A stretch of 64,000 nt of DNA from Lama guanicoe (taxonomy: Eukaryota), in contig MU053881.1 in NCBI GenBank assembly GCA_013239625.1, positions 6,161,957 through 6,225,956 on the forward strand, given 5' to 3'. Below the pieces are notes generated by a model. The model made no database searches. It was not told the origin of the DNA and saw only the letters and a program-made list of their open reading frames with translations. The position numbers were made by a program, and so were the translations under genes. Shown one piece after another: positions 63,201 through 64,000 of this stretch; the stretch's first letter is position 1; every line of letters begins with the position of its first letter.

Positions 63201-64000
63201 TGCTTAAAAAAAAATAAAATAAAAAATAAAAAACAGCTTCTTACCAACAAGAGTACTGCAGGGCTGGTTAACTCAGCTGGCTCTGGTCATACGTTAGCAC
63301 TGCATGTTTCCACATCTAAACTAAGAGCACTCTCCTCCTCTACCCCCGCCTTATAAAAAGTTAAGGGATGCTTTTTCTCCAAGTGATAAATTGCCTAGAA
63401 TATTTAAAAAGCCTTCTATCCATTGTAAAATCTAAGGAAATACACAACCTAGTTTTGCTGTAGTTTCAATTTTCTCCATTACCAACGTTACCCCTAGTTC
63501 TCAAAGCATTCATTTTAATCACAGTTTATTGGGGAAAGAATTACCTGTCAGTCTCCTAGCTTATGAGAAAGAAGATAAAGTTGGAAGGAAACTTGAGGAT
63601 TAATTAATTGAGAGTACTGCATGTGAGGTGTCTACTCGGAATGTTACAGTGCACATCACAATGAAAACAGTTTTATTTTCCATGGTTGAAATAAATTATA
63701 ATAAATAATTCATTTCAATGGCAGAGATGTACTGGAGAGCAACAGCAACAAAATTGACTGCACCACACTGTGAGTCTCATTCTTGAATCTTCATTATCCA
63801 TTTGAAACTTTTTACGAATAGTAAATCATATTTCAAGTGGCTGCAGATCTCATAAAGCAGCTTGCTGCATTAAAATAAAACCGGCAAACCCGGGGCACCG
63901 GGAGGCCGCAGGGCTTGCCACTCAGCACTATTTGGGAAACTCTTTCTCACTCTTCTCTCACCAGCATCCAACAGAACACTTTTCGATTTGATGTGAAAAT

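Noticed and set aside
1..64000. CRISPR array, operon or prokaryotic defence system
   Set aside because: The sequence is clearly mammalian (spliceosomal introns, SINE/LINE/LTR fossils), and no repeat-spacer periodicity was seen.

Overview
This is mammalian genomic DNA, not microbial. A tRNA-derived SINE resembling camelid Vic-1 suggests camel or alpaca. The window covers the conserved RANBP17-TLX3-NPM1 block, all on the minus strand. It holds NPM1 coding exons 1-6 (the gene runs off the left edge), the complete three-exon TLX3 homeobox gene (291 aa) and the last three coding exons of RANBP17. All exon boundaries were read by eye at GT-AG junctions and keep frame. The NPM1-TLX3 gap contains a decayed ERV-L/MaLR/LTR cluster (about 6.6-16.4 kb), L1/L2/MIR/MER fragments, two co-oriented CTCF-like motifs, AT-rich putative enhancers and extra CpG islands. 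No new protein system is supported, and most ORFs in the track are GC-rich noise. The most interesting unexplained signal is a candidate two-exon transcript just downstream of TLX3 (about 39.0-40.2 kb), with tandem perfect CRE sites, a strong donor, a long polypyrimidine tract and acceptor, and a poly(A) signal with a GU-rich element. Gene and repeat family names come from recalled sequences, not database searches.
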